Shown here: piece after piece, positions 29,577 to 38,928 of the stretch | How positions within the stretch are numbered: the first letter of the stretch is position 1 | How the letters are laid out: the number at the start of each line of letters is the position of its first letter | Source of the DNA: Candidatus Bathyarchaeia archaeon | GTDB lineage: Archaea > Thermoproteota > Bathyarchaeia > TCS64 | Reading direction: 5' to 3' | DNA: 64,000 nucleotides | NCBI GenBank assembly: GCA_050014495.1 | Contig: JBEKDF010000003.1 | Span: forward strand, 32,001 to 96,000 | Notes under the pieces: generated by a model | Databases searched by the model: none | Told to the model about the DNA's origin: nothing | What the model saw: the letters and a program-made list of their open reading frames with translations, nothing else | Position numbers and translations under genes: made by a program

Positions 29577-29639
29577 ATTTTGTTATTTATTTGATATTCA
29601 TACAGGAGAAGCCACAGGAGCCAGTACCTCCTAAAATCA

Positions 29640-30245
29640 ATTCCTGACTTTGTAGGTAGGTTGGAGAGTGATGTTGCTGACAGGGAGTTCCTGCAAAGCA
29701 AGGGGGTGACCCTGCATGACTTTGGCACTGATGGTGAACTACGGTGATGATGACTCTGCTGATGAGTCTGGCATCAATTGAGATGTTGCAGAATGTGTAC
29801 CGTCACCACAGGCTAGTACTGTAGTAGCTAACCACACTTTGTCAGGTACACCCATCGACAGTCATCGACACCCATCAGCAGTCACCCACAGCCACCCACC
29901 AGCAACACCCATTGCAGAGCCATCAACAAAGCCATCGACACCCATTGCAGAGTCATCGACAGCCATTGCAGAGCCATCGACAGTCACTGAAAGCCAGCGA
30001 AAGAAGCCAACAAAGAGGTCAAAGGAAGAGCCACCCGCAGTCATCGACAGTCATGGACAGTCATCGACACCCACCAGCAACAGTCAAAGAAGAGTCACCA
30101 GAGGAATAACAGACTGTCAAGGAAAGTCAGCAGAAGAAGTCATCAATAGTCACCGACAAGTCACCGAAGAAGTCAAAGGAAGACCCAGCGTCACCCATCG
30201 TCGCGCACGCACCAAGAGAGCAAACACCTGTCACCATCAGTGTGG
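29640..30245. repeat. degenerate ~10-11-bp periodic repeat tract, core (G/C)(T/C)CA, with orientation switch near 29800
   Basis: cccatcgaca gtcatcgaca cccatcagca gtcacccaca...; left part carries TGAC/TGATG; cactgatggtga (29726-29737) is the reverse complement of tcaccatcagtg (30231-30242). Confidence 0.75.
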
Positions 30246-30762
30246 TCGCTACGAATCTATCAATAAAATGGTACCAATCATAAAATCTGACTTCATGAAA
30301 CAAGCACACCAAAACTCACCACGCTTGTCGAAACGATAAGGATCATAAAGGCAAATAACCCGAAGAAGAATGGTACCATTGTCTGAGAGGAGGCGCTGCT
30401 TGTACCAGTCAGAGATCCCGAAGGTGATCCTGGGACTAAGGCTTCGATTGTTGGAGTTGATCATTATTAAGGAGGAGGCTGAGAAGGCCTGAATCGCGTA
30501 TAGGTTGTCTCACATGCCTACTCGGGGATAAACCCGGTCGGCTCAAATACTCTGATTTCAACTGGGACGCCTTATCTTACTTTCTCGACGAGGGCGAGGA
30601 CCACATCAACCATCGGTTGTACAATATGGCATACAGACCGCAAGCAAAAGTAAATCAAGAATGAAAAACTAAAAGTACCCGAATGACACTCATTTTTTTG
30701 GTCTTGAATTATTAACCTATAATTAAGCTGGTTTAATTAGACATCTTAGCATTTCTAGTTAT

Positions 30763-31485
30763 GTGGGCAACATTTTATCGTCAGTCGACTGGGGCTCCTG
30801 TCCGCTTAGCCTCCTCAAAAGTGTGAAGGAACTCAAGCCGAATAATCCAGCAATAATCCACATTAGACATACCGAGCGACCCGGCCTATCTGGGCCAAAT
30901 AGCAACAAGCTTCTGAGCACATCGAGGGGGAAAGATGCAGCCATCGAGTTTGGCGAACGCCTATCCGATGATAGGAGCTACCGCGTCTACCATACCATCG
31001 TTGATAGGTCGAAGCAGTCAGCGGAATCGATCGTCGAAGGAATAAGGAGGAGTGGAAACAAGGCAGAGATCAGTGGGGTGTTTCCCTTCCGAACATCCTA
31101 CGACCCTAAAGCTATGGACAATTATATAGACAAAGTCTTCAAAAAATGTGGAGACGAGGATTTAGCGGTTGCGGAGATGATGAACCGCTGGCTCGCAGGC
31201 TTAGCTCCTCTGGAGATATTCCGGCCCTCCAGTGAGTTCGCTAGGATGGTAGCTGAGTATACTTTGCTCCGCCTAAAAACAGCTGAGCCAGATAACATCG
31301 ATCTCTACGTCACCCACGACACATGGGTCGGAGCCACACTCTTCCACTGGTTCGGCTTACCAATTCCCCTCGATGGGATTAGGTTCCTCGATGGATTCAT
31401 ACTCCAACCCCTCGATGAGGAGATGGCGGTTTGGTTCAGGGCAAAGGCTTTGAGGATAGAGTACCCGCATTGGTGGGGTGGGTAA
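30763..31485 (+). CDS. histidine phosphatase superfamily protein
   Basis: HIRHTER (RHx motif), R.KQSA, VTHD. Confidence 0.75.
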   Translation: MGNILSSVDWGSCPLSLLKSVKELKPNNPAIIHIRHTERPGLSGPNSNKLLSTSRGKDAAIEFGERLSDDRSYRVYHTIVDRSKQSAESIVEGIRRSGNKAEISGVFPFRTSYDPKAMDNYIDKVFKKCGDEDLAVAEMMNRWLAGLAPLEIFRPSSEFARMVAEYTLLRLKTAEPDNIDLYVTHDTWVGATLFHWFGLPIPLDGIRFLDGFILQPLDEEMAVWFRAKALRIEYPHWWGG

Positions 31486-32236
31486 ATAGCTGTTTACTTA
31501 TCTCCTCGACGTCAGCGGGTGGATATCCAGAGTAGTACTTGCTGAAGTAGGCGTAGACATCACGCCCTGACTCGAGGTATCTCTTCGCCTTATTGGCCCA
31601 TTCAGCTGTCTCTATCCCCCTTTCCACCTCGACAATCCCCCTCTGTCCATTCACGGCTTTTCTGTCTCCTTCGAGGCGAATATAAGCGAAGCTGGCGGTC
31701 TCGACATTTGCAGCGTCCGACCTGTTTGTCAACGCGAGGGCGACGCCATGGTCTCTGAGTAACTTGTAGGTCTCCTCGGTGAACCAGCGCTTATTCCTGA
31801 ACTCGGCGGCGATGAGCCTCTTCTTAGGGATCTTCTCCAACAGGTCGTTGAGGGCAGTGTGAGTGGGCTTTAGGAATGGTGGAAACTGGAGGAGCATTGG
31901 CCCCAACTTCGCCCCGAGAATATCTATGTGACTGAGGAAGACCTCAAGCTTCCCCGAGTCGTAGACGAGGCCGGGGACATGGGTCACTGTCTGTGGGAAC
32001 TTTACAGCGAACCTGAAGTCATCCGGCACCGCGTCCCTCCACGCCTCAACGGTTGAAATGGAGGGTATCCTGTAGAAAGTGGCATCGACCTCGACGGAGT
32101 TCATCACTTTGGCGTACTCGGTGAGGTACTCAGTGGTCCTTGTCCCCTCTGGGTAGAGCTTACCTACCCAGAACCTGTAGCTCCACCCCATCGTGCCTAG
32201 GTAGGCTACTCGACCCGCTTCTTGAAGAGGAGCCAA
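31436..32236 (-). CDS. DUF72 family protein
   Basis: GTMGWSY..W...YP, VEVDATFYRIP, LLQFPP, EFRN..W, YIRL.G. Confidence 0.9.
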   Translation of the reverse strand: MAPLQEAGRVAYLGTMGWSYRFWVGKLYPEGTRTTEYLTEYAKVMNSVEVDATFYRIPSISTVEAWRDAVPDDFRFAVKFPQTVTHVPGLVYDSGKLEVFLSHIDILGAKLGPMLLQFPPFLKPTHTALNDLLEKIPKKRLIAAEFRNKRWFTEETYKLLRDHGVALALTNRSDAANVETASFAYIRLEGDRKAVNGQRGIVEVERGIETAEWANKAKRYLESGRDVYAYFSKYYSGYPPADVEEISKQLFTHPTNAGTLSSKPLP

Positions 32237-33597
32237 TTCTTCTCCCCAGCCTTCCTGAAGCGGACGAGCTCGTAAGGCCCCTTAAGCCGCTCTCCGTGGA
32301 TGACGAGCTCTATCTTCTCCTCCCCCCACTCCTTGGCCTCATAGATGCCTCTGTCCCATATCTTGACAGTTCCGGCGCCGTATTCGCCTTCGGGGATGAT
32401 TCCTTCGAAGCCACTGTAGTCTAGAGGGTGATCCTCAACTGCGACTGCAAGGCGCTTGTCCCCTACCTTCTCAGGGGGACCCTTTGGCACCGCCCAACTC
32501 TTCAGAACTCCGTCCCTCTCAAGGCGGAGGTCCCAGTGGAGGTGGCTCGCGTGGTGCTCCTGCACAACGTAGATGTTTTCCTTCAGCTTCGTCGCCTCCC
32601 CTACGGGCTCGGGGCTCTTTGAGAAGTTCCTTTTCGCGTTGTAGTCTTCGAGGGTCACAGGTCTCACCTGTGATAATGTGCAGTCAAGGGGTTTTTTATC
32701 GGTTCTTAGTCTGATGAAACGCGGGGCACGCAAACGGTTGTCGTCCGTTAGGTTCTGGTAACCCACCTCAGCGATGACCATTGGCTTCAGCCACGTAGAA
32801 CCAGAGGGAATGTCGGTTGCTTCGAGCTGCTGCTCCGCCGTCTTATAGGGGCGGAAGGTGGCGAGTAACTCCTGGAGTGACTTATCCGTGAACCCAGTCC
32901 CCACCCTGCCCACGAATGTGAGTTTATCCCTCTCATATAGCCCCAGCAGCAACGCCCCGAAGCTATAAGCCCTGATCCCCGTCCCCCTCGTGTAGCCGAC
33001 GACGATGCAATCCACCGTCTTGACGCTCTTCACCTTAAGCCAATCCCGGCTCCTCTCCCCGGGGCGGTATGGGCTATCAATCCTCTTCGCCACGACCCCC
33101 TCCAACCCCTTCGCTACGGCGGCCTTGTAGTAGGCTTCCCCCTCCCCGATGACGTAGCTAGAGACGACGACATGCTTTCCATCCCTAAGCGAATCCCTAA
33201 GGATTGTCTTCCTTTCGCTAAGTGGCTTACTCGTCAGAGTTATCCCGTCTTTCTCTAAAATGTCGAAGATTACGTAAGTGCAGGGTATCTCGCGAGCCTT
33301 ATGCTCTATTTCCCCCTGCTTTGAGGCTTGTAGTCGCTTCGCCACCGCTTGGAAGTCGGGCCTGCCCCCATTCATCACGATTATCTCCCCATCGATAACA
33401 ACTTTGGATGCCAACGTGGAGAGCTCTGTGAGTTCGGGGAACTTGCGGGTGATATCGTTGGAGTTCCTGCTCGTGATGCTTAGCGTCTCCCCAATTTGGG
33501 CTATGGCACGGATGCCGTCCCACTTTACCTCGAAGAGCCACCCCGATCCACTGAAGGGGGCGTCAGTGGGCTCCGCGAGCATCGGCTTGTATTTCAT
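32206..33597 (-). CDS. NHEJ ATP-dependent DNA ligase fused to a C-terminal LigD 3'-phosphoesterase domain
   Basis: EVKWDG, DGEI, FDIL, EGVVAK, WLKVK; C-terminal VQEHHASHLHWDLRLE, SWAVPKG, EDHPLDY, YGAG.V.IWD. Confidence 0.93.
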   Translation of the reverse strand: MKYKPMLAEPTDAPFSGSGWLFEVKWDGIRAIAQIGETLSITSRNSNDITRKFPELTELSTLASKVVIDGEIIVMNGGRPDFQAVAKRLQASKQGEIEHKAREIPCTYVIFDILEKDGITLTSKPLSERKTILRDSLRDGKHVVVSSYVIGEGEAYYKAAVAKGLEGVVAKRIDSPYRPGERSRDWLKVKSVKTVDCIVVGYTRGTGIRAYSFGALLLGLYERDKLTFVGRVGTGFTDKSLQELLATFRPYKTAEQQLEATDIPSGSTWLKPMVIAEVGYQNLTDDNRLRAPRFIRLRTDKKPLDCTLSQVRPVTLEDYNAKRNFSKSPEPVGEATKLKENIYVVQEHHASHLHWDLRLERDGVLKSWAVPKGPPEKVGDKRLAVAVEDHPLDYSGFEGIIPEGEYGAGTVKIWDRGIYEAKEWGEEKIELVIHGERLKGPYELVRFRKAGEKNWLLFKKRVE

Positions 33598-34391
33598 CTC
33601 TTCTTCATCTGCTGGAGTGTCTCCTCAAGCGCCACCATGAGCTCCTTGACCTCCTCCCTCTTCTCCGGCTTCTCCACTTTGATTATTTCCCCCTTCAACT
33701 TCTGTTTGATGAGCTTCTCCACGTTCTCCCTGTAGGTGTCTTTGTACTCGGTGATGTCGAACTCACCGGTGAGGTTGTCGAGGATCTTAAAGGCGAGTTC
33801 AAGCTCCTTCTTGCCCGGCTGCTTGAGCTCCTTAATATCCTTAACTGTGCCAGGGTCGATGACCTCGTTAGTGTACCTAAGCGTGGTGAGGATGAGAGCC
33901 CCCTTATAGGCATGTATAAGGACTGGGTACTCCTTCGTCCGCATCGTGTAGCGGCCTATCCCCGCCAATCCCTTCTTTTCAAGCGCCGAGTAGAGGAGCC
34001 CATAGGCGTCGCCGCTCTTGTCGGGACCCAGGATGTAGCTACTCTGGAAGTAGAGGGGATCGACCCCGAGATACTGGACGAACTTATCGACCTTTATACG
34101 GCGATCCGATTCCGGGCGTATCGCGTCGAGTTCCTCCTTTGTAAAGGTGACGAACTCACCCTTCTGCACTTCATAGCCACGGGACACGTCCCCCCACTCA
34201 ACCACCTCGTTATCGTAAGTGCAGACCCTTTGGTATCTGAGGGGGCACCCGTCCCTCTTCCTGAGGAAGTGGAAGCTGTAGCTCTGGTCCCTAATCATGG
34301 TGTAAAGCTTTACGGGCACATTTACAAGCCCAATGCTTATGGTACCGCTCCAGAAGCTCCTCCCCGGCGGAGCCTGTTCCTCTTCGCTCAA
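33594..34391 (-). CDS. ku: NHEJ DNA end-binding protein Ku
   Basis: RSFWSGTISIGLVNVPVKLY, RGYEV.KGEFV, YKDTYRE; ATGA overlap with the ligase. Confidence 0.95.
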   Translation of the reverse strand: MSEEEQAPPGRSFWSGTISIGLVNVPVKLYTMIRDQSYSFHFLRKRDGCPLRYQRVCTYDNEVVEWGDVSRGYEVQKGEFVTFTKEELDAIRPESDRRIKVDKFVQYLGVDPLYFQSSYILGPDKSGDAYGLLYSALEKKGLAGIGRYTMRTKEYPVLIHAYKGALILTTLRYTNEVIDPGTVKDIKELKQPGKKELELAFKILDNLTGEFDITEYKDTYRENVEKLIKQKLKGEIIKVEKPEKREEVKELMVALEETLQQMKKR

Positions 34392-34623
34392 GCCAAATTC
34401 CCTGTTTGAATCTCGGAACCCGCAGCCTTAACCTTTTCACAGTCTCAGTCCAGAAAATACTTGATTTGCCTTAGAAAATCCACTCGTAGTGCGCACAGGT
34501 GAGGAGATCTACGAAATTGGCCTGAAGCTCGCGACGGGAACTACTTAAGTAGCCCCGAATCTCAGCTTCGGAAAGCCTTTCTCCAGATTCTGAGGATTTT
34601 AAGGGAAAGAAGCTCTCAAGAAT

Positions 34624-35463
34624 TCAAGTCTTCTTAGTCTTCCAGAACTCCTTCCAGACGTCAACCCTGTCGAGGACATTATCTATCCTGAGCTTGCTGG
34701 GGTCTAGTCCTTTCAGCTCATCCCATGTGAGAGGGGTTGAGACCGTCGCAGTCGGAGTAGCCCTGAGACTGTAGGGGCATGCCATCGTCCGCCCATGGCC
34801 GTTCTGCGGGTAATCTAGGTAGACAGTACCAGGCCTCTTCTGCGCCTTCTCGGAGGAGACGATTCCCGTCTCTTTAGCGAGCTCAATGCCTAACTTATGG
34901 GCGTAAGCACGGGTTTCGTCAAATGTCTCCTTCCGATCCGTTGGTGCGATAATGTGTAGTCCCCTCTTTCCCGAGGTCTTCACCCATGCCTTGAGCCCCT
35001 TCTCCTTGAGCTTCTCCCTGATCAATCGGGCGACCCTTCCCGCCTCCGCCATCCCCGCTGGGGGTTGCGGGTCAAGGTCGAAGAGAATTATATCTGGGTG
35101 ATCCAGCTTATCGATCCTCGCTAGGGGAATGTGTAGTTCAAGAGCTGCGAGGTTGGCTAGCCAGATAAGGGTGTCGAGGTCGTCGCAAACTATGTAATCG
35201 AGCTCTCTACCCGCAGCCTCGGAGTAAGAGTGGTGGAGCTTCACCCAGTCGGGTGTCCCCTGTGGAGCGTCCTTGCCGTAAAAGCCCTGAGTTTCCACCC
35301 CATCCGGATACCGGGTTACGACTAGCGCCCTCTCCTCTAGGAAGGGCAACATCATGGGAGCCACCTTGATGTAGTACTTCACGACATCGAGCTTCCTGAC
35401 TCCCACAACGGGGTAGAGGACCTTCTCCAAGTTCGTGAACTGGACCCTCGTTAGCTTCTCCAT
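34624..35463 (-). CDS. NHEJ primase-polymerase (stand-alone LigD POL)
   Basis: TNLEKVLYP, RYPDG, FDLDP, KTSGKRGLH, DYPQNG.GRT..PYSLRA. Confidence 0.93.
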   Translation of the reverse strand: MEKLTRVQFTNLEKVLYPVVGVRKLDVVKYYIKVAPMMLPFLEERALVVTRYPDGVETQGFYGKDAPQGTPDWVKLHHSYSEAAGRELDYIVCDDLDTLIWLANLAALELHIPLARIDKLDHPDIILFDLDPQPPAGMAEAGRVARLIREKLKEKGLKAWVKTSGKRGLHIIAPTDRKETFDETRAYAHKLGIELAKETGIVSSEKAQKRPGTVYLDYPQNGHGRTMACPYSLRATPTATVSTPLTWDELKGLDPSKLRIDNVLDRVDVWKEFWKTKKT

Positions 35464-35540
35464 CGACTACGTATCTGAATGGAGGTTGAAAAACTGGTAC
35501 CTGCACCTCTCCCTTAAATTCGGGGATACCCCAAACTCGC

Positions 35541-35954
35541 ATGTTAGTAATGGTAACGGTTCTTTTCATCTGCGTCCACAACGCTGGGAGGAGTCAGATG
35601 GCGGAGGGTATATTCAACAGCCTATCAGGTGGTCGCCATTACGCCATCAGCGCAGGGAGCCAGCCCTCTTCCCAGGTGAATCCGGTCGTTATCCAGGCCA
35701 TGAAGGAGATTGGGATAGATATAAGCGGCAACAAGCCAAAGAAACTCACCAGCGAGATGGCTTTGCAGGCTGATCTGGCCATAACGATGGGTTGTGGTCC
35801 CGACGTATGTCCAGTAGCTGGCGGTGAGATGAGGGAGTGGGAGATAGAGGACCCACACGGTAAGCCAATAGAGGGGATCAGAATGATCAGGGATGACATA
35901 CTCCTCAGAGTGAAGGCTCTGCTGAATGAGCTAATGTCTAGCTCTTCACACTGA
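35541..35954 (+). CDS. arsC: LMW-PTP-type arsenate reductase
   Basis: VLFICVHNAGRSQMAE, ITMGCG..CP, W.IEDP. Confidence 0.88.
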   Translation: MLVMVTVLFICVHNAGRSQMAEGIFNSLSGGRHYAISAGSQPSSQVNPVVIQAMKEIGIDISGNKPKKLTSEMALQADLAITMGCGPDVCPVAGGEMREWEIEDPHGKPIEGIRMIRDDILLRVKALLNELMSSSSH

Positions 35955-36152
35955 TCTGATCGGGTTCGCCAAGCTGAGTATCGTTCGACTGTATGTAATT
36001 CAATGCGCGAGCACTAAAGATGTCAGATAGGACTACGTTTTTCTTACACGAGCTCTGAGGCCCTATCCTCGGCTTCGCATAGGTAAGAACAATTAGAGTC
36101 ATAATTTATTTAGAGTAGTCTTATATGCAGCAAAAACCTTCGATCAAATGTT

Positions 36153-37484
36153 ATGATCAAAAAAGCTATAATCATGGGCGCTGCGGGCCGTGACTTCCAT
36201 AACTTTAATGTCTTCTTCCGGGAAAACCCCTACTACGAGGTCGTAGCCTTCACCGCCGCTCAGATATCAGACCTTGATACAACCGCTGGTATCGAGAAGC
36301 GCACATATCCACCCGAGCTCGCGGGAAAACACTACCCCGAGGGTATACCGATCCATCCCGAGTCACAGCTAGAGCAGCTGATCAAAGACCTGAATGTTGA
36401 GGAGGTCTTCTTCAGCTATAGTGATGTGAGTCATCAGTACCTCATGAATGAGGGGAGCCGCGCTATTGCGGCGGGTGCAAGCTTCACCCTTCTCGGTCCT
36501 AAGGAGACGATGATTAGGTCCAAGAAGCCGGTTATCAGCGTCTGCGCCAGTAGGACTGGGAGTGGAAAGAGTCCGACGAGTAGATGGCTTGTTGATCTCT
36601 TGAAGCGAAGGGGCTTCAAGGTCGTCGTGATACGCCACCCAATGCCCTATGGCGACCTCGTTAAGCAGCGAGTGCAGCGATTCGCAACTTTAGAAGACCT
36701 AGATAAACAGGATTGCACAATCGAGGAGAGGGAAGACTACGAGCCCCACATAGAACGTGGAGCCATAGTCTATGCGGGCGTAGACTACCTCGACATTATC
36801 AAACGGGCCGAGGAGGAAGCGGATATCATAGTTTGGGATGGGGGCAACAACGACTATCCCTTTTACTGGCCTAAGATCCAAATTTGCGTCGTCGATCCAC
36901 ATAGGGCTGGAAACGAACTCACATATTACCCCGGTGAGGTAAATGTTCGCATGGCGGACATTGCAGTAATAAGCAAGGTGAACACTGCCCCTCCAGGTAA
37001 CGTGGAACAGGTTCGGAGAAACATCCTGTCAATCAACTCCCAGGCACAGATCGTTGAAACTGACATGGTTATCACCGCGGACGATGAGTCGAAGCTCCTC
37101 GGAAAGAGTGTTCTCGTCGTAGAGGATGGACCAACAGTCACACATGGAGGAATGGGCTATGGTGCTGCGACTATCAAAGCGAGGGAGCTAGAAGCGACAA
37201 TAGTCGATCCGCGCCCCTATGCAATGGGGACCATAAAACACGTTTACGAGCAGTACCCTCATCTTCAGAGGGTTCTCCCGGCTGTTGGCTACAGTCCAAA
37301 CCAGATGAAAGAACTTGAGGACACAATCAATGCCACCCCTTGCGATCTCGTGTTATTAGGAACTCCAACCGATCTACGAAGGTATCTGAAATTGAATAAA
37401 CCTGCAATGAGAGTGAGATATGAGTTGAAGGAAAGGCAGAGGTGGGAATTAGAGAGGGCAATAATAAGCAGGATGGGTACCTAG
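36153..37484 (+). CDS. P-loop ATPase of the cDPG-synthase-like / arginine synthetase (ArcE) family
   Basis: MGAAGRDFHNFN, RTGSGKS, RHPMPYG, TIEEREDYE, WDGGNND, EDGPT.THG. Confidence 0.8.
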   Translation: MIKKAIIMGAAGRDFHNFNVFFRENPYYEVVAFTAAQISDLDTTAGIEKRTYPPELAGKHYPEGIPIHPESQLEQLIKDLNVEEVFFSYSDVSHQYLMNEGSRAIAAGASFTLLGPKETMIRSKKPVISVCASRTGSGKSPTSRWLVDLLKRRGFKVVVIRHPMPYGDLVKQRVQRFATLEDLDKQDCTIEEREDYEPHIERGAIVYAGVDYLDIIKRAEEEADIIVWDGGNNDYPFYWPKIQICVVDPHRAGNELTYYPGEVNVRMADIAVISKVNTAPPGNVEQVRRNILSINSQAQIVETDMVITADDESKLLGKSVLVVEDGPTVTHGGMGYGAATIKARELEATIVDPRPYAMGTIKHVYEQYPHLQRVLPAVGYSPNQMKELEDTINATPCDLVLLGTPTDLRRYLKLNKPAMRVRYELKERQRWELERAIISRMGT

Positions 37485-37616
37485 AGGACGTTTATTGCTT
37501 GTTACTTTAATTTTGACTTATGCGGAGCACTGATCCTAAGACTCTGAAGACACATGAGCCTTAGCCTTAAAGCGTAGCGTGAGCTATGGAGACATTTGTT
37601 GTATGTTTTAGTTTTG

Positions 37617-38834
37617 TTACTCACTCCTAGCTACCTTGGGAACGTAACCACGAACAGACTCGGGACTAAATTTTAGCATCTTGCCTTCTTCTGCAGATTT
37701 GTAGGCATGCATCATGAGCCGTGTGACAAGTAGGCCATCCCCCCAATCCTCTGTCGGCATCGCGCCACCCCTAAAGCTGTCAACCATATGCCTACACTCT
37801 GCGACATAGCCGTATGCAGCTGCCTCGTCGGGGACGATGGGCATGAGGCCCTGCTCTGCGGCTTGCTTCTCGATGAAGTCCTCTGACTGCTCTGACTTTA
37901 TATTCCTACTCAGGAAGACGTTAAGTTCCTGCTGCAAACTGTTCACACTTATCGAGTACTCCGGGCCGAGGACCTCCATGCTGAGACGGAGACCGGGACC
38001 ACTGTAACACCAGCTTACATGCGTCTCTGAGAGGGCGCGCACCCCATCGTCCTCGTAGATAATATCAATGGACGCATAATCCTCAGCGGGAGTCTTAGCA
38101 TAGTCGACGGCGTGTTGCCTCCTGAGTTGGGAGAGGGCGGGTTCCCTCGTCCACTTAAGGCTCTGGGTGCTACACTGGATGGTCTTAGGCTTGAGGCTGG
38201 CTTTCGTTTTATCGGGATCGGTCAGTAGGAACCTCGACGCCTCAATGCTGTGGCAGGCCATGTCGAGTAGGACGCCTCCCCCACTCCGACGTGGATCCCA
38301 GAACCAGGCCATATGTGGGCCGCTGTGCTCCTCGGAAGCACGGGATAGATAAGGCCTCCCCGCGACCCTCGCCCCGTACCTCCAGACAGCATCTCGCCCC
38401 CTGACGACGCTCGGTGAGAAGACTTGATTCTCCAGGTATCCGTGTAGTAGACCCGTCTTCTCTACACTTTTCAGCATCTCCTCAGCCTCATCTGCTGTCC
38501 TCCCGAGGGGCTTTTCACAGGCGACGCCGACTAAATTACCCCTACCCTGCGTAGCCTCCTCAGCGATGGCTCTTACAGTCTCGAGGCGAGTATAGTTGGG
38601 GTTCATTATCCACGCCACGTTTACCTCCTTATCCTCCAAAGTGGAGTGTATGTCGGTATAGATTCTAGGCCTTGGTAGACCAAGAGACTCTATGTAGGCT
38701 GCGAGTTTCTTCGCTCCGCTCTCGTGAGGATTGTAGACCGCTGTTATATTGGCGTCCCTGACACCAGTCCAGCTTTGGGCCATGAAGCGGGCGATGAAGC
38801 CTGTACCTATGAAGGCAACGCCTAGTCTTTCCAT
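37617..38834 (-). CDS. Gfo/Idh/MocA oxidoreductase
   Basis: IGTGFIA, CEKPL, GGGVLLDMACH. Confidence 0.9.
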   Translation of the reverse strand: MERLGVAFIGTGFIARFMAQSWTGVRDANITAVYNPHESGAKKLAAYIESLGLPRPRIYTDIHSTLEDKEVNVAWIMNPNYTRLETVRAIAEEATQGRGNLVGVACEKPLGRTADEAEEMLKSVEKTGLLHGYLENQVFSPSVVRGRDAVWRYGARVAGRPYLSRASEEHSGPHMAWFWDPRRSGGGVLLDMACHSIEASRFLLTDPDKTKASLKPKTIQCSTQSLKWTREPALSQLRRQHAVDYAKTPAEDYASIDIIYEDDGVRALSETHVSWCYSGPGLRLSMEVLGPEYSISVNSLQQELNVFLSRNIKSEQSEDFIEKQAAEQGLMPIVPDEAAAYGYVAECRHMVDSFRGGAMPTEDWGDGLLVTRLMMHAYKSAEEGKMLKFSPESVRGYVPKVARSE

Positions 38835-38928
38835 GGTTGTTCTTTACACCTCCGATTGATTAAATCTGTTCGTGGAATGTGGGGCCTTTAAGTGGCTTAT
38901 AGTGGCAATTTGGGGGCTCTTATTTGGT

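Noticed and set aside
29840..30240. CRISPR array
   Set aside because: No constant 25-40-nt repeat with unique spacers, and no cas genes.
29839..30339. 166-aa low-complexity ORF (and overlapping small ORFs) across the repeat tract
   Set aside because: Repeat units of 10-11 nt shift frame, several frames stay open because T is scarce, and the start is a weak TTG; most likely a by-product of the DNA repeat.
29530..30510. Terminal inverted repeats of a MITE (aacctacgcg / cgcgtataggtt)
   Set aside because: The match is short and gapped, with no target-site duplication visible.
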